Assembly: GCA_018002295.1 (NCBI GenBank)
Contig: JAGNGI010000002.1
Coordinates: 618-64,617, forward strand
Direction: 5' to 3'
Source: Fidelibacterota bacterium
GTDB lineage: Bacteria > Fidelibacterota > UBA2242
DNA length: 64,000 nucleotides
This document shows positions 40,813-48,840 of the stretch, piece by piece (the stretch's first letter is position 1; each line of letters opens with the position of its first letter). The notes under the pieces were generated by a model that was not told the origin of the DNA, made no database searches, and saw nothing but the letters and a program-made list of their open reading frames with translations. A program made the translations under genes and the position numbers.

Positions 40813-41232
40813 AAGTTTAAACTATATTAACCCGATTAAATGAAAATGACCTATGATAAGTAGGATTTTTCATATTCAATTATTCCGATTATATGTTTAG
40901 ATAAATTCAATGAAAATTAATTTGACAAATATAAAATTATAAGCAAGATGTCTCATAGGGAAAGTTTAGAGTACTAATAAATTGGATACTATGACTTTTG
41001 ATCCGCTAAAAAATACTTGCATTTCAAGCCGATTAAGAGGATATTAAGGCGCTTTTTGGTTTTTTCGATATTTAAAATGAGAACAAGACTCATCTGTTAT
41101 ACAGAACCCATTTATAAAAGGGCGATTTTAGCGAAATTGCCCGAACAATTAAATCCAACAATTAATACAAAATGTATCCGTAGCAACCGCTTAAAGATCA
41201 CTATTTAAAATGATAGAGGCTTTGAACCTTAT

Positions 41233-42177
41233 ATGAAAAAACACCTAACTAAATTAGTAAAAATCGATCCTATTCCTATTCTTATGGAGCAAGCTCCCCT
41301 TCCAATCCGATATTTTACGGCTGAGCGTTTTCTATCTCATGATAACGAATTGGTCGAGCGACTTAAACGAGAACTGCAATTCTTTAAACCACGGGAACGC
41401 CTGCTGGCTACTCAGCAGGAAGATGGTCTCTGGAAACTGAACAAAAACTACAAAATCGAAGAGCAACAGAAATCAATGCAGTTTCTGTTACAATTGCAGA
41501 ATATGATGCAGTTATTGGATTACGGTTGCACCAAAGATATGCCAGCTATTCAGAGAGGCTTAATCGCTATTTTGAAGTATCAGAAACCGGATGGAAAATT
41601 TCCTTTACTCCAACATCATCAGGGCTTGACTTTATGGTTATTGGTTAGGTACGGTTTAGCCGGTAATCCATTTGTCGAAAAGGGCTTCCGCTGGTTGACG
41701 AAGCGTCAAAGAGAAGATGGCGGTTGGCTCTCACCTACTATGCTAGCCACAGGCGAATCGGCGAAAACTGCTCGCAGTGGAATATGGACTACTCTGGTAA
41801 TTACTCAGGCTTTCAGCGCTCATTCCCGTTTACGTAACACCGAGACTTGCCAGCGTGCCGCAAATTTTTTGCTGAATGTGTATTTACAGCAGAATCACAC
41901 GACGCTTTTCCCCGAGCCGGATGCCTGGAACCATTTATATATTGATTATTCTGAAAATGGCTTATTCCGCGGCGGCACATTGCGGTTTCTGGAAACTCTG
42001 ACTCCTTTGCCAAATTACCATTCTCATCCTAACTTTAAAAAGGCGTTGGACTGGCTTATCGGTCAGCAATTGCCTTCCGGTCTCTGGCCAGCGATTGCCG
42101 GACGTTCCAAAGAAGGCGATTATGCTGTAACTTTTAGAGTTATGGTGGTTCTAAGTGAAATAGACCGAATTGGATAA
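41233..42177 (+). CDS. Prenyltransferase/terpene-cyclase-like alpha-alpha toroid repeat protein
   Basis: Four QxxDGxW-type repeats (QQEDGLWKL, QKPDGKFPL, QREDGGWLS, QQLPSGLWPA). I could not assign a catalytic motif. Confidence 0.5.
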   Translation: MKKHLTKLVKIDPIPILMEQAPLPIRYFTAERFLSHDNELVERLKRELQFFKPRERLLATQQEDGLWKLNKNYKIEEQQKSMQFLLQLQNMMQLLDYGCTKDMPAIQRGLIAILKYQKPDGKFPLLQHHQGLTLWLLVRYGLAGNPFVEKGFRWLTKRQREDGGWLSPTMLATGESAKTARSGIWTTLVITQAFSAHSRLRNTETCQRAANFLLNVYLQQNHTTLFPEPDAWNHLYIDYSENGLFRGGTLRFLETLTPLPNYHSHPNFKKALDWLIGQQLPSGLWPAIAGRSKEGDYAVTFRVMVVLSEIDRIG

Positions 42178-42210
42178 TGACATAAAGTGTTTATTTGAAA
42201 GGTATTAAAT

Positions 42211-44583
42211 ATGGCTGAAACAATAAAAAATAAAGATGAAAAAAATGAGACGGGGCATGGTGTACCGGAAATATTGCCGATAATGGCTCTGCGCAACACC
42301 GTGCTTTTTCCTCAACAAGTCATCCCTATTTATATCGGGCGCGAACGCTCATTGCGTTTAATAGAGGATTTACCCGAAACTAAAAAACGAATCGTTGTGG
42401 TTGCCCAAAAAGAAGGTACTTTAGAAAATCCAGAGGTAGATGATTTGTATGAATGGGGAACGATTGCCCAGGTATTAAAAATATTCAATATGCCAGATGG
42501 CAGTAAAAGTGCAATTGTTCAGGGGCTAGAACGCGCCAAAATTCAATCATTTATTCAGGTTGAGCCTTATTTTAAGGGAGCCATCCTCAAAGCACAGGAA
42601 ATTTATCAGCCAGGCATCGAAATAGACGCGATGCTGGCTAACCTCCGTCAACTATATCAAAAATTGATTAAAATCGCCCCTTACTTGAGCGAAGAACAGG
42701 CTTCGGTATTTTCCTCAGTTCAGCATCCCGGCCGTCTAATTGACCGAATAATTCACTTGCTCAATGTGCCGGTTAGTGAAAAACAGGAAATTCTGGAAGA
42801 ATTGGACGTCCGTAAACGTCTGGAAAAAGCTACCGTAATTCTTAATCGAGAAATCCAACGCATCCAGCTAGGGGAGCAAATTCAATCTGAGGTTCAGGAT
42901 GAAATTTCCAAAACTCAGCGCGAATATTTTCTGCGGGAACAGCTGAAAGCCATTCGCAAGGAGCTGGGCGAAGACGAAGGCACCTTAGAGCTAAAAGAAT
43001 TAGAAGAAAAAATTAACCTATCAAAAATGAGCGATGAAGCCCGTAAAGTTGCTGAGAAAGAGCTCGACCGGCTTAGAAAAATTCCACCAGCCTCACCAGA
43101 ATACACGGTTTCCCGCACTTACTTGGACTGGTTGGTAGATTTGCCCTGGGGCATTTATACAACGGATAATGTAGATATTAAAAGTGCGCAGAAAATACTC
43201 GACGAAGATCACTATGGTCTGGAAAAAATCAAGGACCGAATTATCGAATATCTGGCAGTCCGCAAATTGAAGCAAGAACAGGATCCCAACGCCAGTATCA
43301 AAGGCCCAATCCTTTGTTTTGTTGGGCCTCCTGGTGTAGGCAAAACCTCGATGGGGAAGTCAATTGCCCGCGCTATGGGTCGCAAATTCGTCCGCATTTC
43401 GCTCGGAGGAGTACGGGATGAAGCCGAAATTCGCGGTCATCGACGCACCTATATCGGCGCTTTACCCGGTCGTATTTTACAAAGCATCCGTAAAGCGGAA
43501 TCGAGCAATCCGATTTTTATGCTGGATGAGATTGACAAAATCGGTGCGGATTTCCGCGGTGATCCGAGTTCTGCTTTACTGGAAGTCCTCGATCCTGAGC
43601 AAAATTCGACTTTCAGTGATCATTACCTCGAAGTTACCTATGATCTCTCTAAAACTATGTTTATTGCCACTGCCAATATGGTGGACACTATTTTACCGGC
43701 TTTAAGGGATCGAATGGAAATACTGGAATTTAGCGGCTATATCGAAGAAGAGAAGTTGAACATTGCCAAGACTTTTTTAATTCCAAAGCAGATTAAGGAA
43801 CATGGTTTAACTAATGTCACGGTTGAGTTTACTGATAAAGCAATACGTTTTATTATTAATAGCTACACCCGAGAGGCAGGGGTTCGTAATCTCGAACGAG
43901 AAATTGCCAACGTTTGTCGCAAAATCGCCCGTGAAGTCGCTGTTAATAAACGTAAAAAAAACTTTCTAATTGATGAAAAAGCCGTTGAAAATTTTCTTGG
44001 TCCACAGCGCTATTTTGTGGATATAGCCGAAAGACTCTCCAAGCCTGGTGTTGCTATCGGATTGGCTTGGACTTCGGTTGGCGGGGATATTCTTTTTGTA
44101 GAAGCCACCAGTATGCGAGGCACCGGCAAGTTGAATCTCACCGGTCAACTTGGTGATGTAATGAAGGAATCAGCTGAAGCCGCACTCAGCTATATCCGCT
44201 CAAATGCGACTTTATTGGGACTCGATGAGGAAGCTTTCTCGAAAATCGATATCCATATTCACGTGCCGGCTGGCGCAATACCGAAAGATGGCCCATCGGC
44301 CGGAGTAACGATTTTAACAGCGGTTTATTCGTTGTTAAAAAAGCGGAAGGTCAAAGACAATCTGGCTATGACCGGCGAAATTACTTTACGTGGGGCAGTT
44401 TTGCCAATTGGTGGCGTGAAAGAGAAAGTTCTTGCCGCTCACCGGGCGGGATTGCGCCGGGTAATTTTACCAGCCCAAAATCGCAAGGACTTAATCGAAA
44501 TCCCAAAGCAGATAAAAAATGAGATGCGATTTGATTTTGTAAAGGAAATGTCAGAAGTTCTCAACCTTGCCATTAGAAAATAA
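42211..44583 (+). CDS. lon: ATP-dependent protease Lon (LonA)
   Basis: N-terminal LON domain, AAA+ Walker A GPPGVGKTS, and protease Ser-Lys dyad region PKDGPSAG. Confidence 0.95.
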   Translation: MAETIKNKDEKNETGHGVPEILPIMALRNTVLFPQQVIPIYIGRERSLRLIEDLPETKKRIVVVAQKEGTLENPEVDDLYEWGTIAQVLKIFNMPDGSKSAIVQGLERAKIQSFIQVEPYFKGAILKAQEIYQPGIEIDAMLANLRQLYQKLIKIAPYLSEEQASVFSSVQHPGRLIDRIIHLLNVPVSEKQEILEELDVRKRLEKATVILNREIQRIQLGEQIQSEVQDEISKTQREYFLREQLKAIRKELGEDEGTLELKELEEKINLSKMSDEARKVAEKELDRLRKIPPASPEYTVSRTYLDWLVDLPWGIYTTDNVDIKSAQKILDEDHYGLEKIKDRIIEYLAVRKLKQEQDPNASIKGPILCFVGPPGVGKTSMGKSIARAMGRKFVRISLGGVRDEAEIRGHRRTYIGALPGRILQSIRKAESSNPIFMLDEIDKIGADFRGDPSSALLEVLDPEQNSTFSDHYLEVTYDLSKTMFIATANMVDTILPALRDRMEILEFSGYIEEEKLNIAKTFLIPKQIKEHGLTNVTVEFTDKAIRFIINSYTREAGVRNLEREIANVCRKIAREVAVNKRKKNFLIDEKAVENFLGPQRYFVDIAERLSKPGVAIGLAWTSVGGDILFVEATSMRGTGKLNLTGQLGDVMKESAEAALSYIRSNATLLGLDEEAFSKIDIHIHVPAGAIPKDGPSAGVTILTAVYSLLKKRKVKDNLAMTGEITLRGAVLPIGGVKEKVLAAHRAGLRRVILPAQNRKDLIEIPKQIKNEMRFDFVKEMSEVLNLAIRK

Positions 44584-44632
44584 ATGTCGGTTTAAATTTT
44601 ATTGCGTAAATTTGTCCGCTCTTAGGTAAAAC

Positions 44633-44706
44633 GGACGCTTAGCTCAGCTGGTCAGAGCATCGCCCTTACAAGGCGGGGGTCGTAGGTTCGAATCCCACAG
44701 CGTCCA
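44633..44706 (+). tRNA. tRNA-Val (anticodon TAC)
   Basis: Hand-folded. Acceptor GGACGCT/AGCGTCC (7 bp). D-arm GCTC-AGCTGGTCA-GAGC. Anticodon stem TCGCC/GGCGG with loop CTTACAA. T-arm GTAGG-TTCGAAT-CCCAC (one A·C mismatch). Discriminator A. CCA is not encoded. Confidence 0.85.
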
Positions 44707-44735
44707 CAAATCCTAGGGAAAATATTAGTCAGGCT

Positions 44736-44843
44736 GAACGTTTGGCTCAGCTGGTCAGAGCATCGCTCCCGCAATGGCGGGACGGGGGTCGTAGGTTCCC
44801 TGCCCGATTGAGTTCGGTCAGGCGGGGAATCCCACAGCGTCCA
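44736..44843 (+). pseudogene. Aberrant tRNA-like element paralogous to the adjacent tRNA-Val (hairpin in place of anticodon arm; ~28-nt T-loop insertion)
   Basis: It shares the D-arm (GCTCAGCTGGTCAGAGC), the T-stem/loop halves (GTAGGTTC...GAATCCCAC) and the 3' acceptor (AGCGTCCA) with the upstream tRNA. The anticodon region is TCCCGC-AATG-GCGGGA (6-bp stem, 4-nt loop). CCTGCCCGATTGAGTTCGGTCAGGCGGG is inserted between TTC and GAATCC. The acceptor has one A·C mismatch. Confidence 0.55.
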
Positions 44844-44990
44844 TCAATATATAAAACCTTCTGAATGTTTTTTTTATCCGAAAGACGGATACCATGTCTT
44901 GAAACTATACAACTTCAGGAAGAGTTAGTGAAATTGCTACATGAACAGGAATATGCAAACAAACCTAGATCTATTCTTCGGGATTATGGA

Positions 44991-45130
44991 AACTCAGGAT
45001 TATATCCTGAGCCTAAAAACCTAACCCTGAATCCCTTCCAACTCCGTCAGGAGTTGAACCTGAATAACTCAGGATTATATCCTGTGTCATAAAAACACGA
45101 AACACCACGCAACTCCGCAGGGGTTGAACA
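44991..45130. repeat. Two tandem ~72-75-nt imperfect direct repeats, each containing two short hairpins
   Basis: AACTCAGGATTATATCCTG occurs at 44991 and 45066 (stem CAGGAT/ATCCTG). CAACTCCGTCAGGAGTTGAAC at 45039 matches CAACTCCGCAGGGGTTGAAC at 45110. A shared TAAAAAC block lies between them. Confidence 0.7.
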
Positions 45131-45557
45131 ATACTACAAAATGGAATAAATGAACATTAGAATCGATGACTTCACCTAATCTCGCCTGGTCTCGACACAC
45201 CGGCGTTGATACAAGTAAAAAGGTTAAGGTTGAGAAAAGAGACTGAGATAAGTCATTGGTCATTAGAAAAAAGGCTAAGACTGAGTAAAAAAATAATATA
45301 GATCGAGTTTGCAATTCAACCAATGCCAATGTGACGATTTAGCAAATCGCCCTACATATTCAAATTTTGCCCCTCAAACTTAGTCCTCATTTTGGCTAAA
45401 AGAAGGATAAGACATAGACTGAGACCTAATCCATTAGTACTTTTATTACTTTAACCGGGCGGAGAATTGTAATTATCCCAAAAAAGGCAGTAAGATTGGG
45501 TAATTAGAATTTTTTTATTGCTAATTCAGCATTTACAAGTAATTTTAAGTGATTAAT

Positions 45558-45611
45558 GATTCTGGATATTATGCATTGAATCCTTTTAAAACCTTTGTAT
45601 AATCCAGAATC
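45558..45611. repeat. 10-bp perfect inverted repeat GATTCTGGAT / ATCCAGAATC separated by 34 nt
   Basis: Read directly. It lies just downstream of the stop of the minus-strand radical SAM gene. Confidence 0.5.
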
Positions 45612-45660
45612 TTTTATAAACCCTATTTAAAGAATCATTTTAACCATTTATCAAATCATT

Positions 45661-46653
45661 TTATGGACGATACCCAAGGCATTTTTCACAAACCGATGGC
45701 GGATGTCCAGTTTTAAATGACATCCTAATTTTATTGATCTTGGCGCCTGTCCAGATTTCTTTTAAAGATTGCTGTTTGATATTACCCACAGATAATTCGT
45801 CAGGTTTTTCAGGATTTATCTGACAACCGCAAACCTGGATGTCACCATTTAATTTTAGTACTAAGTGATTGAGCATTCTACACGTTTTTAATTTCCGTTT
45901 TGGTTCTTTAGCTAATCGCATATTACCCGATAAGTTACTTTGTTTAATGGACCCGCCCCAATTGTCATAATGGTATGTCCAATTTATTTTTTTCAAACTC
46001 AAATAGGGCGTGATATAATTCTTAAAATCGGCACTTTTAAAGACCTGAAAAATATTCACATCAGGTCGGAGTTCTATGGATATATTAATCGGATTCCCTC
46101 TCTTCTTGTTTTCAATTAACAATATTTTAAGACTGTTCATTATTTTAAGATAGCCATTTGTTCGATAGATTCTGGTAAACATTTCTGAATCAAATCCAGC
46201 CGTACTTATTGCAATCCCATCTACTCCTAATTCAAATAATTTGCTGATATTATCATCGTTTCCAAGTAATATGCCATTAGTATTAAAACTTATCTTCGCC
46301 TCTGAATTAAGGTTTTTAATAATCCTAATTCGTTCAAAAAGCAATGGATCTAAAAACGGCTCCCCAATTGTCGGAGTCAATGAAATCTCTTTACCCCCCA
46401 AATCAAAATATTGTTTCAATCCATTAGTAAATAAGTCAAGATCCATAATGCTTTTTTTACTATTATCATATTGACGAGCACAAAAAATACAATCAGCATT
46501 ACATTTATTTGTAATTTCAAATCTGAACGAAGCTGGAAAATCGAGCATTTTGTTTGAATCATTGAAATCTTTATAATAGTAAAAAAAATCTTTTATAGAT
46601 TTCGGAAAATTAAACCAACAATTTTTACTAAATAGTATCAGGATTTTTTTCAT
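45661..46653 (-). CDS. Radical SAM protein with C-terminal SPASM/twitch-like Cys cluster
   Basis: CxxxCxxC motif (CNADCIFC) near the N-terminus and C-terminal Cys (CGCQ...CEKCLGY). The gene and its surroundings are markedly AT-rich. Confidence 0.7.
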   Translation of the reverse strand: MKKILILFSKNCWFNFPKSIKDFFYYYKDFNDSNKMLDFPASFRFEITNKCNADCIFCARQYDNSKKSIMDLDLFTNGLKQYFDLGGKEISLTPTIGEPFLDPLLFERIRIIKNLNSEAKISFNTNGILLGNDDNISKLFELGVDGIAISTAGFDSEMFTRIYRTNGYLKIMNSLKILLIENKKRGNPINISIELRPDVNIFQVFKSADFKNYITPYLSLKKINWTYHYDNWGGSIKQSNLSGNMRLAKEPKRKLKTCRMLNHLVLKLNGDIQVCGCQINPEKPDELSVGNIKQQSLKEIWTGAKINKIRMSFKTGHPPSVCEKCLGYRP

Positions 46654-47368
46654 TTACAGCTATCTATATCATAAATCGTTAATCTTTCTGCTCTGATATT
46701 AGGGATTTTCCTAATTTTAATCTTGTGTTAATGCTCACTCGCTGATACCAAAAAATATAAGAATCATTTTCACCTTTGATGTATAGAGAAAAAGCCTAAA
46801 TGTGTTTGTCAAATAATCTTCAAAGAATAAATTATTTATAAGTTATTGCGATCTATCATTTTACTAACTCCCGTTTATTTTAATTATTAAACATGAATTT
46901 GACAAGTTGAAAATCTTTAGCGCTGGTATAGTATCAATACATGGTATCTACCTTTTAGAGATAAATAGGATTAACTCAGTACAGTTTTTTGAACGCTTTT
47001 TAACAAAGGGTTTTCTCTGGTATTTTAACAGTTGTAAAATACCTGGTTAAACAAGGAGAAAGCCCTGATGATTGAAATTTAGTATCATGAAGCTTACCTA
47101 CTAATCGGGCAAACGGGTGTTCGGGAGAGCTTTGGATTAGAGAAATCCATTATCTTTAGAGGAGGATTTCTTATCGTTCCAACGATATAGCCTTACATGA
47201 CGAGGAATAATTTTACGAATAGGAACCTAATTCTCTAAGGGTTTCACGAAGAATTTCCACTTTCTTTGTGGCGCTATGCCGAGAACAAATTGAATTCATC
47301 TCGCTTGCCTTGCTTTGGTCTCTTATTTCAATCCAAACATTTTTCCATTTTTCAAGTGAATCAAAACT

Positions 47369-48823
47369 TTATGGATTACTTTCTGTCGCAACGGTGTAAC
47401 CACAAAAGTCGTATCGTTCTAATAAAGTTACAGTTTCGATATGCGGGGTATGCGGAAATAAATCTATTGGTTGAACTTTAATAATTTGATACATATTATC
47501 AGCCGTTAGCTTTTTTAAATCACGAACTTGCGTAGCTGGATTACAGGAAACGTATATTATTCTGCTTGGCAGGATTTGACGCATTTTTGCGATGAGTTGG
47601 GTCGTTAATCCAGTTCTAGGCGGATCTACAATGATAATATCCGGCGTCGGCAAATTGAGCTCTGAATTTGGTGTAGTAAAGAAGTCTCTTTCGAGATTTG
47701 CGCAAATAAACGAGGCGTTCTCGATCGCATTGAGTTGGGCATTTTCACGAGCGTCGGTAACTGCGTCCGCCACAACCTCGAAACCGATCACCTGGCGGCA
47801 ATCGCGTGCTAAAAAAAGAGCGATGCTACCTGTGCCACAAAATAAATCCCAGATTATATGGTGAGGCTCCGGTTGAGCAAATTGCTTAATAATCTCATAA
47901 AGTTTGATTGCCATTCGGGTGTTCGTTTGAAAGAAGGAAGCCGGAGAAATTTTAAAAGTCAAGTTACCAATTCGGTCGGTGATGAATGCCTGACCGGTCA
48001 GCAGACGAATAACTTTGCCGCTGGTCGTGCCGCAAACATTATCGGTAACAGTATTGACTACCGAGGTAATATTTTTCAAGTTTTGAGTTAGATTATACGC
48101 AAGCGGCTCGAGAATTTCCGGCGTATCGGCAGAAGTCACCAAATTAACCATAATTTGATCAGTGAAAATACCTTTACGCAATACTAAATGTCGCAAGTAG
48201 CCGGTGTGATGCCGGTGATTATATGGCGCTAAATTATGGTAGCGAGCATACTCGCGAACCAGTCGAATAATCTCGGCTGTTTCCGGCGGTGCAATTAGAC
48301 AATCGTCAATATCAACGGCTTTGTAATAATTGTTTGGCGTGCGAAGACCGATAGCAAAATCAATCGGGCGACTCAAGTCATCGTTCTCAATTAACCAGCG
48401 CCGGTCGGAAAAAGCAAATTCCATTTTATTGCGATAGCGAAAAATTTCTACAGCCGGAATAATCGGCTCAATCCGGACATCCTGATAGCCGCCGAGATGG
48501 CAATAAAGTTCAATAACCTGACGTTCCAGGAATTTGATCTGCTGTTCATAAGGCAAATTCTGAAAACGACATCCGCCACAGTAATTAAAATACGAGCAGG
48601 GCGCTGTTATTTCTAAGGGGCTTTTTTCCAGAACCGATTCGATCTGGGCTTCGGCGTAATTTTCCTTGACCCGTTTAAGGCGAGCCCTCACCCGTTGACC
48701 TGGCGTGCCACTGCGTGGAAAAAAGATGACAAAGTCATTCAGCCGAGCAATCCCCTGACCGCCGAAAGCCAGGTCTTCGATAGTCAATTCCAGCATCTGA
48801 TTGCGTTTTAAAGGAGAACTCAA
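47369..48823 (-). CDS. rlmD: 23S rRNA (uracil-C5)-methyltransferase RlmD/RumA family (TRAM + Fe-S + SAM MTase)
   Basis: N-terminal TRAM domain, Fe-S Cys cluster CSYFNYCGGCRF, SAM motif DLFCGTGSIALFLA and a C-terminal catalytic CNPAT. Confidence 0.8.
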   Translation of the reverse strand: MSSPLKRNQMLELTIEDLAFGGQGIARLNDFVIFFPRSGTPGQRVRARLKRVKENYAEAQIESVLEKSPLEITAPCSYFNYCGGCRFQNLPYEQQIKFLERQVIELYCHLGGYQDVRIEPIIPAVEIFRYRNKMEFAFSDRRWLIENDDLSRPIDFAIGLRTPNNYYKAVDIDDCLIAPPETAEIIRLVREYARYHNLAPYNHRHHTGYLRHLVLRKGIFTDQIMVNLVTSADTPEILEPLAYNLTQNLKNITSVVNTVTDNVCGTTSGKVIRLLTGQAFITDRIGNLTFKISPASFFQTNTRMAIKLYEIIKQFAQPEPHHIIWDLFCGTGSIALFLARDCRQVIGFEVVADAVTDARENAQLNAIENASFICANLERDFFTTPNSELNLPTPDIIIVDPPRTGLTTQLIAKMRQILPSRIIYVSCNPATQVRDLKKLTADNMYQIIKVQPIDLFPHTPHIETVTLLERYDFCGYTVATESNP

Positions 48824-48840
48824 AAGTGAAAATCCTGATT

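Noticed and set aside
41017-41208. 63-aa ORF in the 420-nt gap upstream of the prenyltransferase-like gene
   Set aside because: AT-rich low-complexity translation, no RBS and no motifs. Most likely non-coding promoter or leader sequence.
44736-44843. Second tRNA-like element as part of a tmRNA
   Set aside because: tmRNA has its tRNA-like halves separated by about 300 nt of pseudoknots and a tag ORF. Here the 5' and 3' halves are only about 60 nt apart and no tag-peptide reading frame (…ALAA) is present.
44865-45092. 75-aa ORF spanning the tandem repeats (would encode NSGLYP twice); considered as a repeat-containing RiPP precursor for the nearby radical SAM enzyme
   Set aside because: No RBS. 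It sits on the opposite strand and about 570 nt from the rSAM gene. The repeat units are strongly palindromic, which fits nucleic-acid structure better than coding. Kept only as a low-probability alternative.
44991-45130. CRISPR array or integron attC sites
   Set aside because: Only two adjacent copies, with no unique spacers between them. No cas or intI genes in the window. The core-site resemblance (GTTGAAC / ACCTAAC) is partial and the R''/R' pair is not complementary.
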